Assembly: GCA_028689875.1 (NCBI GenBank)
Contig: JAQVCG010000001.1
Span: forward strand, 3,557-67,556
Reading direction: 5' to 3'
Length of the DNA: 64,000 bases
Source of the DNA: Candidatus Rifleibacteriota bacterium
GTDB taxonomy: Bacteria > Muiribacteriota > Ozemobacteria > Ozemobacterales > Ozemobacteraceae
This document shows positions 25,721 to 33,987 of the stretch, piece after piece. A program made the translations under genes and the position numbers. Each line of letters starts with the position of its first letter. Position 1 is the first letter of the stretch. The notes under the pieces are model-generated. The model saw nothing but the letters and a program-made list of their open reading frames with translations. It was not told the origin of the DNA and made no database searches.

Positions 25721-26818
25721 ATGGGGAACGAAATGATAAACAACACAAAAAACATAGCAAAATCTTTAGCAGTTTTCTTAATGCTGCTTTGTTTCACACA
25801 AGTCTACACCTTACACGCCCAAACAAATAATTCGAAACTAAACGCTCGAATCGACGCCATGCTTCAAAAGGCGCGCAAAACTTATGCAAAAGGCAATGTT
25901 AATCCTGCAATTTCAGAATATTGGAAAATATTGGAAATTGCACCATCGCTTACTATTGCTCATCTTGAGCTAGGTGAAATATATTCGTATCTGAAAATCT
26001 ATGATCGCGCCGTAGAACTGCTTGAACCTGCTTTAAAGCGCGGCGAACGGGAACTCGATAAAGAGACATTGTGTAATTATTACTGCGTATTAACATCTGC
26101 CTACGTAGGCTTAGGCAACAGCGGGGAAGCCAATCGAACTCTCATAAAAGCAGCTCAATCTTCTCCTCGCCATCCCAGACCGCGCACGCTTCTTGGCGAT
26201 ATATATAGATCAAATGGCAAATATGCCAATGCTGCTAAAGCATACAGACAAGCCACCCAGCTTGACCCGACTTATCAGCCCGCGTTAGAAAAACTTGAAG
26301 CACTAAAAAAAGATTACGCTTATGAGCTAATCGAAGCAAAAATGAAAGAAGAAAAAGCCAGGAAAGAAGCTCAAAGTGCAAATGCAAAAGTTGTCACAAA
26401 AGTTTTAATTGAACCAAAGCCTGTGCCTATATCTGAGCCGGCAGCAGTTAAAGCGTCAGAATCGGTATCGACGCCGGTTATAACTCCCGAGCCTTCAACA
26501 GAGCCGGAACCGGAGCCAGAACCCACATATGCGCCTGTTCCTCAAACATTAGACGAGAACATAGATGCGCTGATTGCAGGAGAAAGTGCAGAAAAAGAAA
26601 GAGCAATAGAATATTTTAAAGGATTAGGCAAAGAGGGCTTAAGCAAAATCGAAGATTTACTTTACGACCCCGACCCTGAAGTGAGAATTATTGCGGTTAG
26701 AGCTCTATCGTCATTTACCGATTATCCTAAAGAAGTTAAACTTATTTTACTTGACGCAGGTGATGACCCTGATGATCTTGTAATGAGCGAAATAACAGCT
26801 GCTTTAAAAGAATTGTAA
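25721..26818 (+). CDS. Secreted TPR-repeat protein with Pro/Glu-rich linker and C-terminal HEAT-like repeats
   Basis: 365 aa. Signal peptide SLAVFLMLLCFTQVYTLHAQ. TPR-like helices (AISEYWKILEIAPS..., AAKAYRQATQLDPTY). PEPSTEPEPEPEP linker. DPDPEVRIIAVRALS HEAT motif. The start could be ATG 25733 instead. Confidence 0.75.
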   Translation: MGNEMINNTKNIAKSLAVFLMLLCFTQVYTLHAQTNNSKLNARIDAMLQKARKTYAKGNVNPAISEYWKILEIAPSLTIAHLELGEIYSYLKIYDRAVELLEPALKRGERELDKETLCNYYCVLTSAYVGLGNSGEANRTLIKAAQSSPRHPRPRTLLGDIYRSNGKYANAAKAYRQATQLDPTYQPALEKLEALKKDYAYELIEAKMKEEKARKEAQSANAKVVTKVLIEPKPVPISEPAAVKASESVSTPVITPEPSTEPEPEPEPTYAPVPQTLDENIDALIAGESAEKERAIEYFKGLGKEGLSKIEDLLYDPDPEVRIIAVRALSSFTDYPKEVKLILLDAGDDPDDLVMSEITAALKEL

Positions 26819-26905
26819 TTTTTTGAAGTTATTAGTTAATATTTGCATATGCTTTGCCGATTATAGCTTTGAATTGTAATTTATTAACTGAACTGGAGGC
26901 CAAAG

Positions 26906-28627
26906 TTGAGGGAAGCGTCAGATCTTGGAATCGGCGCCGGAATCAGACGTGAATTAGCTGGTCGGCGTGTTGATTTATCAAAAATTAAGTTTCCTGTAAT
27001 GGCCGGAGTGGTAACTCTGGAGGGCGAGCTCTCTTTTGTCGGGTTGAGCAAAACCATTGACGAAACTGCAATAGAACTTAAATTCATCGAGTCAAGTATT
27101 CGCAGCATTGCCGGGCTAAAAGAAATCAACTTTGCACTTAGCAACTGGGCAAAGAGTGAGGCCGGCGTATGGGAATGCGAATCGGCAAAAGCAGGTGCAC
27201 CTGTTCGTATTGAAGGCGACGGAATCGTTTGTTCTGAATGCGACTATGTAATTAGATTTTGCCCTTGTTGCGGCAAACCTATCGGTGAAGCCAAACACGG
27301 CAGTGCATCATCGAGCTCAAAACAACGCAGACCGGTTCCTCCTATTAAACCGATCATCAAAAAGAGGCGGCCACTGACAGCACCGCCTTTGGCGCCAATT
27401 GAAGGCAATATAGCGCCAATTGCTACACCTGTTTTGGCACCTACGCCTGTAGTCCCCGCTGCAGCTCCGGTCGCACCGGTTGCGACACCGGTCGCGCCGA
27501 CAGTGCAAACAATTCCTAACCCTGCGCCCGTTACATCTAACATGCCAACCACACCTACCCCGCAGGAAGAGCACAAAGTCGCTGTTGTGCCTAATACGCC
27601 GGCTGTTTCACCGGTTCCGGAAAAAGTTGTTACTCCACCAACATTAAAAGTGCCTGAAAAGGCTCCTGAAGTTGAGGCTCTTACACCGGCACACCCTGTT
27701 GAAGCAGATACAACTTTAGCAGATTTTAATTTTTCTGATTTAAATATACCTTCACAAGCCCCACAAGATGACCTACCTCAGCAACCTGAACAACCTCAAC
27801 AAGAAGAGCAAGCTCAACAAAATTTTGCCTTGGATAAAAATATCTTTGCAAATGCAGAAAACCCTGAGGTAGATACTCCAAAACAATTTGAATCAGCAAA
27901 TCCTTTTGAATCATTAAATATTGATGAGCCTTACGAGCCTGAAAAACCGGCTTTGGCAACTGTAGAAAAACCTGACGACCCATTTGCCGGGTTTGCTTTG
28001 TCAGACACAGAATCAGCGACAGCAGTTCCTCCCGCAGCAGACGACCCATTTGCCGGGTTCGCTATACCTGAAAATATTGATACTCTGCCCGCAAACATAA
28101 CTCCGCCTACGCCGGAGCCGGAACCTGTTCAGCCATCCTTCAGCACCACGCCGGCAACTTCTTTACCGCCAAAACCAAAGCCTTCAATGAAAGTTCCGGA
28201 CTTTAATTTTGACGAGCTTCTTTCCGGCATATCAGAATCTCAATCGGATTCAAAAGACGGCAACGAGGGTGAAGCACCGGTATTTGATCTTGGTGACCTT
28301 AACCTTGATGATGATACTCCGTTACCTCCTATGAAAAAGCCCGCCACAGAGAAGCCTAAAAATGCTTTAAAAGATAAAAATCCATTTGGCAACATCGATT
28401 TAGATTTAGATCTTGAAATAATTTCGACAGGTGATTCTCAAGATTTGCAGCCCGCACCGGCAAATAAGCCCGAGAAAAAGTCTCCGACTCAAAGTGACGA
28501 TACTTCATTCGGCTTAAATACCATAATAGATTTAGACGCAGAGCCTTCTGACACCGATGATAAAAAGAAAAAAACAAAATCACCTTTTAATTTAGACGAT
28601 TTCGATCTGAGTAAATTCAAAATATAA
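26906..28627 (+). CDS. BON-like domain / zinc-ribbon protein with a long Pro-rich acidic disordered tail
   Basis: 573 aa. TTG start with a GGAGG SD (26895..26899) 6 nt upstream. N-terminus IRRELAGRRVDLSKIKFPVMAGVVTLEGEL...IRSIAGLKEINFAL is BON-like. CSEC...CPCCG zinc ribbon. The rest is P/A/T/E/D-rich low complexity. Confidence 0.65.
   Translation: MREASDLGIGAGIRRELAGRRVDLSKIKFPVMAGVVTLEGELSFVGLSKTIDETAIELKFIESSIRSIAGLKEINFALSNWAKSEAGVWECESAKAGAPVRIEGDGIVCSECDYVIRFCPCCGKPIGEAKHGSASSSSKQRRPVPPIKPIIKKRRPLTAPPLAPIEGNIAPIATPVLAPTPVVPAAAPVAPVATPVAPTVQTIPNPAPVTSNMPTTPTPQEEHKVAVVPNTPAVSPVPEKVVTPPTLKVPEKAPEVEALTPAHPVEADTTLADFNFSDLNIPSQAPQDDLPQQPEQPQQEEQAQQNFALDKNIFANAENPEVDTPKQFESANPFESLNIDEPYEPEKPALATVEKPDDPFAGFALSDTESATAVPPAADDPFAGFAIPENIDTLPANITPPTPEPEPVQPSFSTTPATSLPPKPKPSMKVPDFNFDELLSGISESQSDSKDGNEGEAPVFDLGDLNLDDDTPLPPMKKPATEKPKNALKDKNPFGNIDLDLDLEIISTGDSQDLQPAPANKPEKKSPTQSDDTSFGLNTIIDLDAEPSDTDDKKKKTKSPFNLDDFDLSKFKI
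27974..28063 (+). repeat. Intragenic direct repeat (two copies of a 24-nt unit)
   Basis: gacgacccatttgccgggtttgct (27974..27997) and gacgacccatttgccgggttcgct (28040..28063), 23/24 identical. Each encodes DDPFAGFA. Confidence 0.9.
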
Positions 28628-28630
28628 AAA

Positions 28631-28657
28631 CAGCGACCTTAGGGTCGCTGTTTTTTT
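28631..28657 (+). terminator. Rho-independent terminator after 26906..28627
   Basis: Stem cagcgacc (28631..28638) / ggtcgctg (28643..28650), loop ttag, T7 run 28651..28657. Confidence 0.85.
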
Positions 28658-28694
28658 AATAATAAGATATAATTTCTTAGAATTGGAGGGAACA

Positions 28695-30386
28695 ATGAAA
28701 AAATCTGCAATAATACCTTTAGTATTAGCCGGCTTAATAGTTACAAGCAGCGACATTGATGCCGCCCCTAAAAAAAAGAAAGCGGCCGGTACAAAAAAGC
28801 AAAGTATAGAAGCTATAGAAACAAAAGGTCTCAAAGTTTCTGAAGCCTACTATTCAAGAGCATGGAAAAAATTTAGAATCGGCAGTACAAAAGAAAAAAA
28901 TGATGTAATCGAAGCTTTAAAAAAAATAATAAAAAAAAGCGAGTCCGAGCATATGGCGCATTATTATTTAGGAATAATGACAACAGAACTCGGTGAAGAC
29001 AAAGAAGGACTCAAACATTTTAACAATGCCTTGTTATATTTACCCAACTCAGCAGACATCCTCACAAGAATTGGAGAAATATACGACAGACAAGGTAAAA
29101 GCAAAGAGGCCCTTGAACATTTCAATAAAGCTCTGAGCATTAATCAAATGATACCTACTGCACTTTCAAGGGTAGGCAAAGACGAGTATGAAAAAGGCAA
29201 TATAACAAAAGCCTTAAATATGCTACTCAAAGCAAGAGAAATGCAACCTGAGAATCCTGAAACTTTGCGAACATTAGGAAAAATATATTTGGCAGAAAAG
29301 CGTGGTTCAGAAGCAGAAGAGATATTAAGCCAAGCAATTTTATTCGATGAAAAACACGCTGAGACACAACTTGATTTGGCAAAATCATATGATTTGCTCA
29401 ATAATTCAAACAAAGCATCAGAGCATTATGCGTTAGCCAAAAAACTTGGTAAAAAGAACGAAGAAATAATAGGCAAAAGCGGTTATTCGCTGGCAAGAAA
29501 CCTATATTTGAGCGGAAAAATCGAAGAAGCTGAAAAAGAATATAAAAAAGCACTAAAAACACTTGAAGATAAGGCAAGCGGTTATTACGGCCTAGCCGAG
29601 ATATACGAATCATTAGGACGTGAGGATGATGCTATCAAGCATTACATTAAGGCATATAACGAAGACAAAAAATATGCAGACAAAATCATGAGCGCCGCTG
29701 AAATATATATCGAGCGCGAAGAATATGACAATGCGAAAAGCACATACGAACTTCTGCGCAGAGACCCGGTATATAAGGAAAAAGCTAGAGCAGCCCTTTC
29801 CGAACTAAAAACTATTAAAGAAGAGACAGAAAAGCGGCAACTTGAGCAGGAAATCAGAGAGACAGGTTCATCAGACGCTGATATAGAGAGCAATTATCTA
29901 GCTTTGTATGATTATGATAAAAATAATACCGAGGCTATTGAAGGGTTGATGAATTATTATAACGACCGCGGCTATTACGATGAGGCATTGAAATGGTTTA
30001 GGCGGTATAACAAAATCAACCCCACCTCGTCTCAAGACAAAAAGCTGATTGAAAAAGGCTATAAAGAGAAGCTTGAACAAGATAACTACAGGCTTTACGG
30101 CGAAAAATCGCCTAAGAAAGTTACTAAATCTAGTTTATCTGACGATGAAATTCATAATATTGCATTTAGCGGTGAGAATGATCGTTTGCAAGAAACAGCC
30201 TTAAAGATTTTGCTTACGCGAAAGGATTATAAGTCAGACAGCTCGGTTCACCACAAGCTATTAAGATTTTATACCGAGCGCGGAAACAGGAAAGAGGCGC
30301 TGAAATGTGTTTCGAAAATGAAACGTTTGGGGATTTTATCTGAGAGTGAGTCAGACAGCATTCGCGATGAACTACGCAAAAAATGA
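28695..30386 (+). CDS. Secreted TPR-repeat protein
   Basis: Start set to ATG 28695 (GGAGGG SD 28685..28690), giving MKKSAIIPLVLAGLIVTSSDIDA as signal peptide. More than 10 TPR-like units (e.g. AHYYLGIMTTELGEDKEGLKHFNNALLYLPN, ILTRIGEIYDRQGKSKEALEHFNKALSIN). Confidence 0.8.
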   Translation: MKKSAIIPLVLAGLIVTSSDIDAAPKKKKAAGTKKQSIEAIETKGLKVSEAYYSRAWKKFRIGSTKEKNDVIEALKKIIKKSESEHMAHYYLGIMTTELGEDKEGLKHFNNALLYLPNSADILTRIGEIYDRQGKSKEALEHFNKALSINQMIPTALSRVGKDEYEKGNITKALNMLLKAREMQPENPETLRTLGKIYLAEKRGSEAEEILSQAILFDEKHAETQLDLAKSYDLLNNSNKASEHYALAKKLGKKNEEIIGKSGYSLARNLYLSGKIEEAEKEYKKALKTLEDKASGYYGLAEIYESLGREDDAIKHYIKAYNEDKKYADKIMSAAEIYIEREEYDNAKSTYELLRRDPVYKEKARAALSELKTIKEETEKRQLEQEIRETGSSDADIESNYLALYDYDKNNTEAIEGLMNYYNDRGYYDEALKWFRRYNKINPTSSQDKKLIEKGYKEKLEQDNYRLYGEKSPKKVTKSSLSDDEIHNIAFSGENDRLQETALKILLTRKDYKSDSSVHHKLLRFYTERGNRKEALKCVSKMKRLGILSESESDSIRDELRKK

Positions 30387-31454
30387 TTAAGTATTTTTTT
30401 CGATAAACTTGAAAAACTTAAACCAAATATAAGCTATAAGCAAAGAAACGGCCGTTGCTACAAAAATATGCAGCGGTCGTCTTTCATTTTCTTCGAGAGT
30501 TATATCTTCAAATTTTGGTTTGATAGATTCGCTTGCATTCGGTTCAAAAAGCGTTTCAGGAATTTCAACTTTTTCGTATGAGTTGGCAGGCTTTTTACGT
30601 AACGGCGGTAAAGTAAGTCTGTCAAAATCTAAATTTTCTTCGGTCTTTTTTTCGGGTTCGGATTGCTGCTCCAGCTCGGGCTCAAACTCTGACTCTTGTT
30701 TTGGTTCAGGCTTTAGTTCTGCTTTCTGAGCTGCAGGTGCTTCAACAGTTTTAACAGTTATTTTTTCACTTTTAGCAGAATCAACAAGAGGTTTTGCAGA
30801 TGTCGAAGTGCTGTCAAGTTTTATAGATGAAACTATATGTTTTAAATTATTATCAGAAATTTTTGCAAAAGGTTCCAGAGAAGAAACCAGCGGTAATGGA
30901 GATTGTATGCGCTTTTTGGTCTCTAGAATTTCTTCTTTAAGCAAATTATCTTGGGTAGTAAGAAAGGCTATTTTTTCTGCAAGTGAAGCTTCTTTTTTAA
31001 TAATTTCAGATTTCGATAAAACTTCTTCGGTGTCTTTTGCCACAGATTCACAAAAAACCTGAACCATTCCATCTTTTTCTCTTTTATAAGTAATAAGCTC
31101 TGCCAAGTCTTCGCAGAAATCTTCGAGCTCTGTTTGCTTATTTTGTGAAAAAGTAAGTTTAGTAACGTTAATATTATTTCTTTTAGGAACAAAAGTAATT
31201 TGAATGTCTTTTTCGCGTTCAAAATATTCAATTTCTTTTATGTCTTTACGTTCAATAAGAGCTATAAGCGACTCTTTATCCTTTTCGCAAGTATGAAAAA
31301 TCACCGAAAAATTAGTCAGCAGAACCCATACATGGCCCTTTTTATTTTCAGCATCTTCAAAAGGTGTAAGAGCCTTTAATATTTTTTCGGCGGGTGAAAG
31401 ATATATGCTTACATCTTCTCTAATTTCATCTGGAAGTTCACTGAACAAGGTCAT
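30387..31454 (-). CDS. Tail-anchored membrane protein with an N-terminal PH-like (bPH/YokE-like) domain; unknown function
   Basis: 355 aa. The N-terminal ~130 aa (KGHVWVLLTNFSVIFHTCEKDKESLIALIERKDIKEIEY...) looks like a bacterial PH-type fold. Middle is E/K/S/P-rich low complexity. One C-terminal TM (LHIFVATAVSLLIAYIWFKFF). The start overlaps the upstream stop (TGATG). Confidence 0.5.
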   Translation of the reverse strand: MTLFSELPDEIREDVSIYLSPAEKILKALTPFEDAENKKGHVWVLLTNFSVIFHTCEKDKESLIALIERKDIKEIEYFEREKDIQITFVPKRNNINVTKLTFSQNKQTELEDFCEDLAELITYKREKDGMVQVFCESVAKDTEEVLSKSEIIKKEASLAEKIAFLTTQDNLLKEEILETKKRIQSPLPLVSSLEPFAKISDNNLKHIVSSIKLDSTSTSAKPLVDSAKSEKITVKTVEAPAAQKAELKPEPKQESEFEPELEQQSEPEKKTEENLDFDRLTLPPLRKKPANSYEKVEIPETLFEPNASESIKPKFEDITLEENERRPLHIFVATAVSLLIAYIWFKFFKFIEKNT

Positions 31455-31993
31455 CAGATAATCTCCATCGTTTCATCTGAGCTATCTTCATCAGGATTAT
31501 TTAACAACATATCAGCCTGAAACATCAGGTTATTTACAAAAGCTTCGAAATCTTCCGGTAAAAAGGCTTCGTAAGGCAATCTGCTCTGAATAATGAGCAA
31601 ATCTCTTAATTCGGGTGGTGTATCGTCGTCTTCATAGTCAAAATCTTCGCCCTCTTCTATGAACACCGGCTCTTTTGACTTGTTTGAGTCTGAGGAGGGA
31701 TATTTCACAACACTGAAATTAGCATTGATTAGCTCGCCGTTTAATTCGAAAAGTGCCATTAATTCTTCTTTTGATACATCTGTAATATCTTTTAAATGTA
31801 AACCCACTGAAACGGTTTTGACGTTTAGCCCCTCATCGTTCTCTTCTATTCCTATGTAACCGCTTATACTGTCTTCTATTACAAAAGTCCACAGCATTCC
31901 GATGTCGTTTTCGTCAAGCATCACGCATTCGTATCCTGATGTGACCTCAGCCATAATTTCTTCAATCTTAACAGCAAAATCAGCAGGTTCCAT
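31454..31993 (-). CDS. Small acidic cytoplasmic protein, YbjN / secretion-chaperone-like (tentative)
   Basis: Very acidic, ~180 aa. Central ...MLWTFVIEDSISGYIGIEENDEGLNVKTVSVGLHL...LMALFELNGELINANFSV resembles the YbjN/CesT-like alpha-beta chaperone pattern. Preferred start is ATG 31993 (AAGGA SD 6 nt upstream). The track start 32008 has no SD. Confidence 0.4.
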   Translation of the reverse strand: MEPADFAVKIEEIMAEVTSGYECVMLDENDIGMLWTFVIEDSISGYIGIEENDEGLNVKTVSVGLHLKDITDVSKEELMALFELNGELINANFSVVKYPSSDSNKSKEPVFIEEGEDFDYEDDDTPPELRDLLIIQSRLPYEAFLPEDFEAFVNNLMFQADMLLNNPDEDSSDETMEII

Positions 31994-32156
31994 AAATTTT
32001 CCTTTCATTAAACGACTCTTATGAATAATAGCACGAGTTTAAATAAGTTCCAACAATAGCTAAACATTTTTTCATTGCTTATTTGATTAAATCGAATATA
32101 TTATGTGGTGTATACTCAATACAGAAGCATCTATTTTTCTAAACGGAGTAAGAAAA

Positions 32157-32918
32157 ATGCAAATAAGATTTACCAAAGTATGTCTGGCAAGCCTTTTAAT
32201 GATATACGCAGTCATTTTCACAGGTTGCTCAAATGATTCTCAAAAAGTTTTAATTTTAGATAAAAACGAACCAATCGAAGGTTTGAGAGCTTCTCTTTCT
32301 GCAACAAAGCAGAGTGACCTGCTTACACCTCTTTCGAATGCGGTTAATTTAAAAACTTTTAATGCGCAGCTCAGCAAAACTTCTGCCTCTGTAAGGTTTG
32401 AACTACCCGGCGAAACTCCTTTACCCGGCGGAGAAGAAGAATCATCAATACAAACACCCACCGAATCATGGTCTATAGACTTCACCGATTTAAATAACAG
32501 AAGCTGGACACTGACAATCCCTGCAAATGGCGTTGTATACGAAACTTCTGACAGAGCACAGATAAATGCAAGCATCTATTTTGGCACCACATCTGCCTCA
32601 GGCGGCTTAAATGTAATTTTCTATATGGTAAAAGAAGCCGGATACGAGTGGGTAATCGATGATATCAGTGCCGAAGAGATTCTTTCGGTCACAACCGGAA
32701 TCACCGGCAGAGTTACCAGCTCTGCAGATGGAAGTGCAATTGCAGACGCGATAGTAACAGCTTACCCCGCCCCATACGTTTCTGGAGACACTCCCGCCGG
32801 AACAACTCAAACCAATGATGAAGGCTATTATGAATTGTTTTTAAGCTCCGGCAACTATATTGTTTTAATTGCACACGATGACTTCACCTATCACGAAGAA
32901 TTAGTAACCGTTGACTGA
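32157..32918 (+). CDS. Lipoprotein with a C-terminal carboxypeptidase-regulatory-like (CarboxypepD_reg) beta-sandwich domain
   Basis: Start at ATG 32157 (GGAG SD 32145..32148). Lipobox VIFTGC. C-terminal ITGRVTSSADGSAIADAIVTAY...TNDEGYYELFLSSGNYIVLI. Confidence 0.6.
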   Translation: MQIRFTKVCLASLLMIYAVIFTGCSNDSQKVLILDKNEPIEGLRASLSATKQSDLLTPLSNAVNLKTFNAQLSKTSASVRFELPGETPLPGGEEESSIQTPTESWSIDFTDLNNRSWTLTIPANGVVYETSDRAQINASIYFGTTSASGGLNVIFYMVKEAGYEWVIDDISAEEILSVTTGITGRVTSSADGSAIADAIVTAYPAPYVSGDTPAGTTQTNDEGYYELFLSSGNYIVLIAHDDFTYHEELVTVD

Positions 32919-32941
32919 GAATTAAAGATAGTATAAAAAGA

Positions 32942-32979
32942 CACCCCCCGATATTGATATCGGGGGGTGCCTTTTTTTA
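32942..32979. terminator. Bidirectional rho-independent terminator between the lipoprotein gene (+) and the sigma factor gene (-)
   Basis: GC-rich stem caccccccgatat / atatcggggggtg (32942..32969), T7 run 32972..32978, A-run upstream. Confidence 0.9.
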
Positions 32980-32984
32980 AGCTC

Positions 32985-33860
32985 TTAGTTTATGTAATTT
33001 TGCAAAACTTCAGAGCGACGTGGGTTGCGCAGCTTTGCAAGTGCTTGCACTTCAATCTGCCTAACTCTTTCGCGGGTTACACCTAATAACTTACCTATCT
33101 CTTCCAATGTGTATGGCTTCAAATCGCCTAATCCGAACCGATGTATAACTACAATTTTTTCTCTTTCGGTTAAAGAATCAAGCAATTTTTCTAATTCGCT
33201 GTCGAGAGCCTTTTTTTCTATTTCTGCCGACGGATCACTTTCATTATCAGTGATTACATCGCGCAGAAATAGATCTTCATCTGCATCGACCGGCGTTGAA
33301 TCCATAGAAATCACATTTGGAATATCGCGCAAAAACTTACTTAAGTCTTGAGGTTTCATCATTGTGCCCTCAGCTAGTTCTTCTAATGTTGGGCGCCTGT
33401 TGAGCTTTTTGATGAGAGTTTCTTCGACTTTTCTAATTCGCAATCCTGTATGAATGCGATTCAGAGGCAATCTAATCGGGTTACCATGGCTGGAAACGAC
33501 TTGAATCATGGCCTGGCGTATCCACCAAACGGCGTATGAAATGAATCTTACGTTTTTATCTACATCAAATCTTTGAGCCGCGCGCATCAACCCGAGGTTT
33601 CCCACAGCAATTAAATCTTCGAAAGGAACCTCATTAATATGACGGTATCTTTTTGCAACGGCCACTACAAAACGAAGATTAGCCACAATTAGCCTTTTTT
33701 TGGCTCGTTCATTGCCTTCTTTCACTTGTTTAAGAAGAATTGTTTCTTCTTCTTTTGTTAAAGGAGGATGTTTTTTTAAGTCCTTAAAGTAGTCTTTAAG
33801 TAACTGATTCTCATCACTACGTTCATTATTATGAGAATTATTGCGATTAAGACTTGCCAT
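32985..33860 (-). CDS. RNA polymerase sigma-70 family factor, compact RpoD/SigA-like (regions 1.2-4, no region 1.1)
   Basis: 291 aa. LIVANLRFVVAVAKRY (2.1/2.2), NLGLMRAAQRFD, RFISYAVWWIRQA (2.3/2.4), IRLPLNRI (3), TLEEIGKLLGVTRERVRQIEVQALAKLR (4.2). Confidence 0.9.
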   Translation of the reverse strand: MASLNRNNSHNNERSDENQLLKDYFKDLKKHPPLTKEEETILLKQVKEGNERAKKRLIVANLRFVVAVAKRYRHINEVPFEDLIAVGNLGLMRAAQRFDVDKNVRFISYAVWWIRQAMIQVVSSHGNPIRLPLNRIHTGLRIRKVEETLIKKLNRRPTLEELAEGTMMKPQDLSKFLRDIPNVISMDSTPVDADEDLFLRDVITDNESDPSAEIEKKALDSELEKLLDSLTEREKIVVIHRFGLGDLKPYTLEEIGKLLGVTRERVRQIEVQALAKLRNPRRSEVLQNYIN

Positions 33861-33987
33861 CTGGTTCTCCGATTCTGTGAGAAGTTACCAAAAGGGTAAT
33901 AGACACGATTGTTGATGTGTACCCTTATAAAGGGCACCTGACCACCTAATCGGCGCAAGTCTCTTTTTGTTTAACTATATTTTAAAA

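Noticed and set aside
26440-27600. Short tandem-looking nucleotide repeats (gagccggaaccggagccagaaccc; ccggtcgcaccggttgcgacaccggtcgcgcc) that might suggest a satellite or CRISPR-like array.
   Set aside because: They are in-frame codon repeats encoding PEPEPEP and APVAPVATPVAP linkers within long ORFs. The units are imperfect and under 12 nt, with no spacer structure.
33917-33937. Hairpin (minus strand GUGCCCUU-UAU-AAGGGUAC) between the coiled-coil gene and the sigma gene, as a possible terminator or attenuator.
   Set aside because: The 8-bp stem includes a G:U pair and is not followed by a U-run. It may be a UTR structure, but there is no evidence for a defined element.
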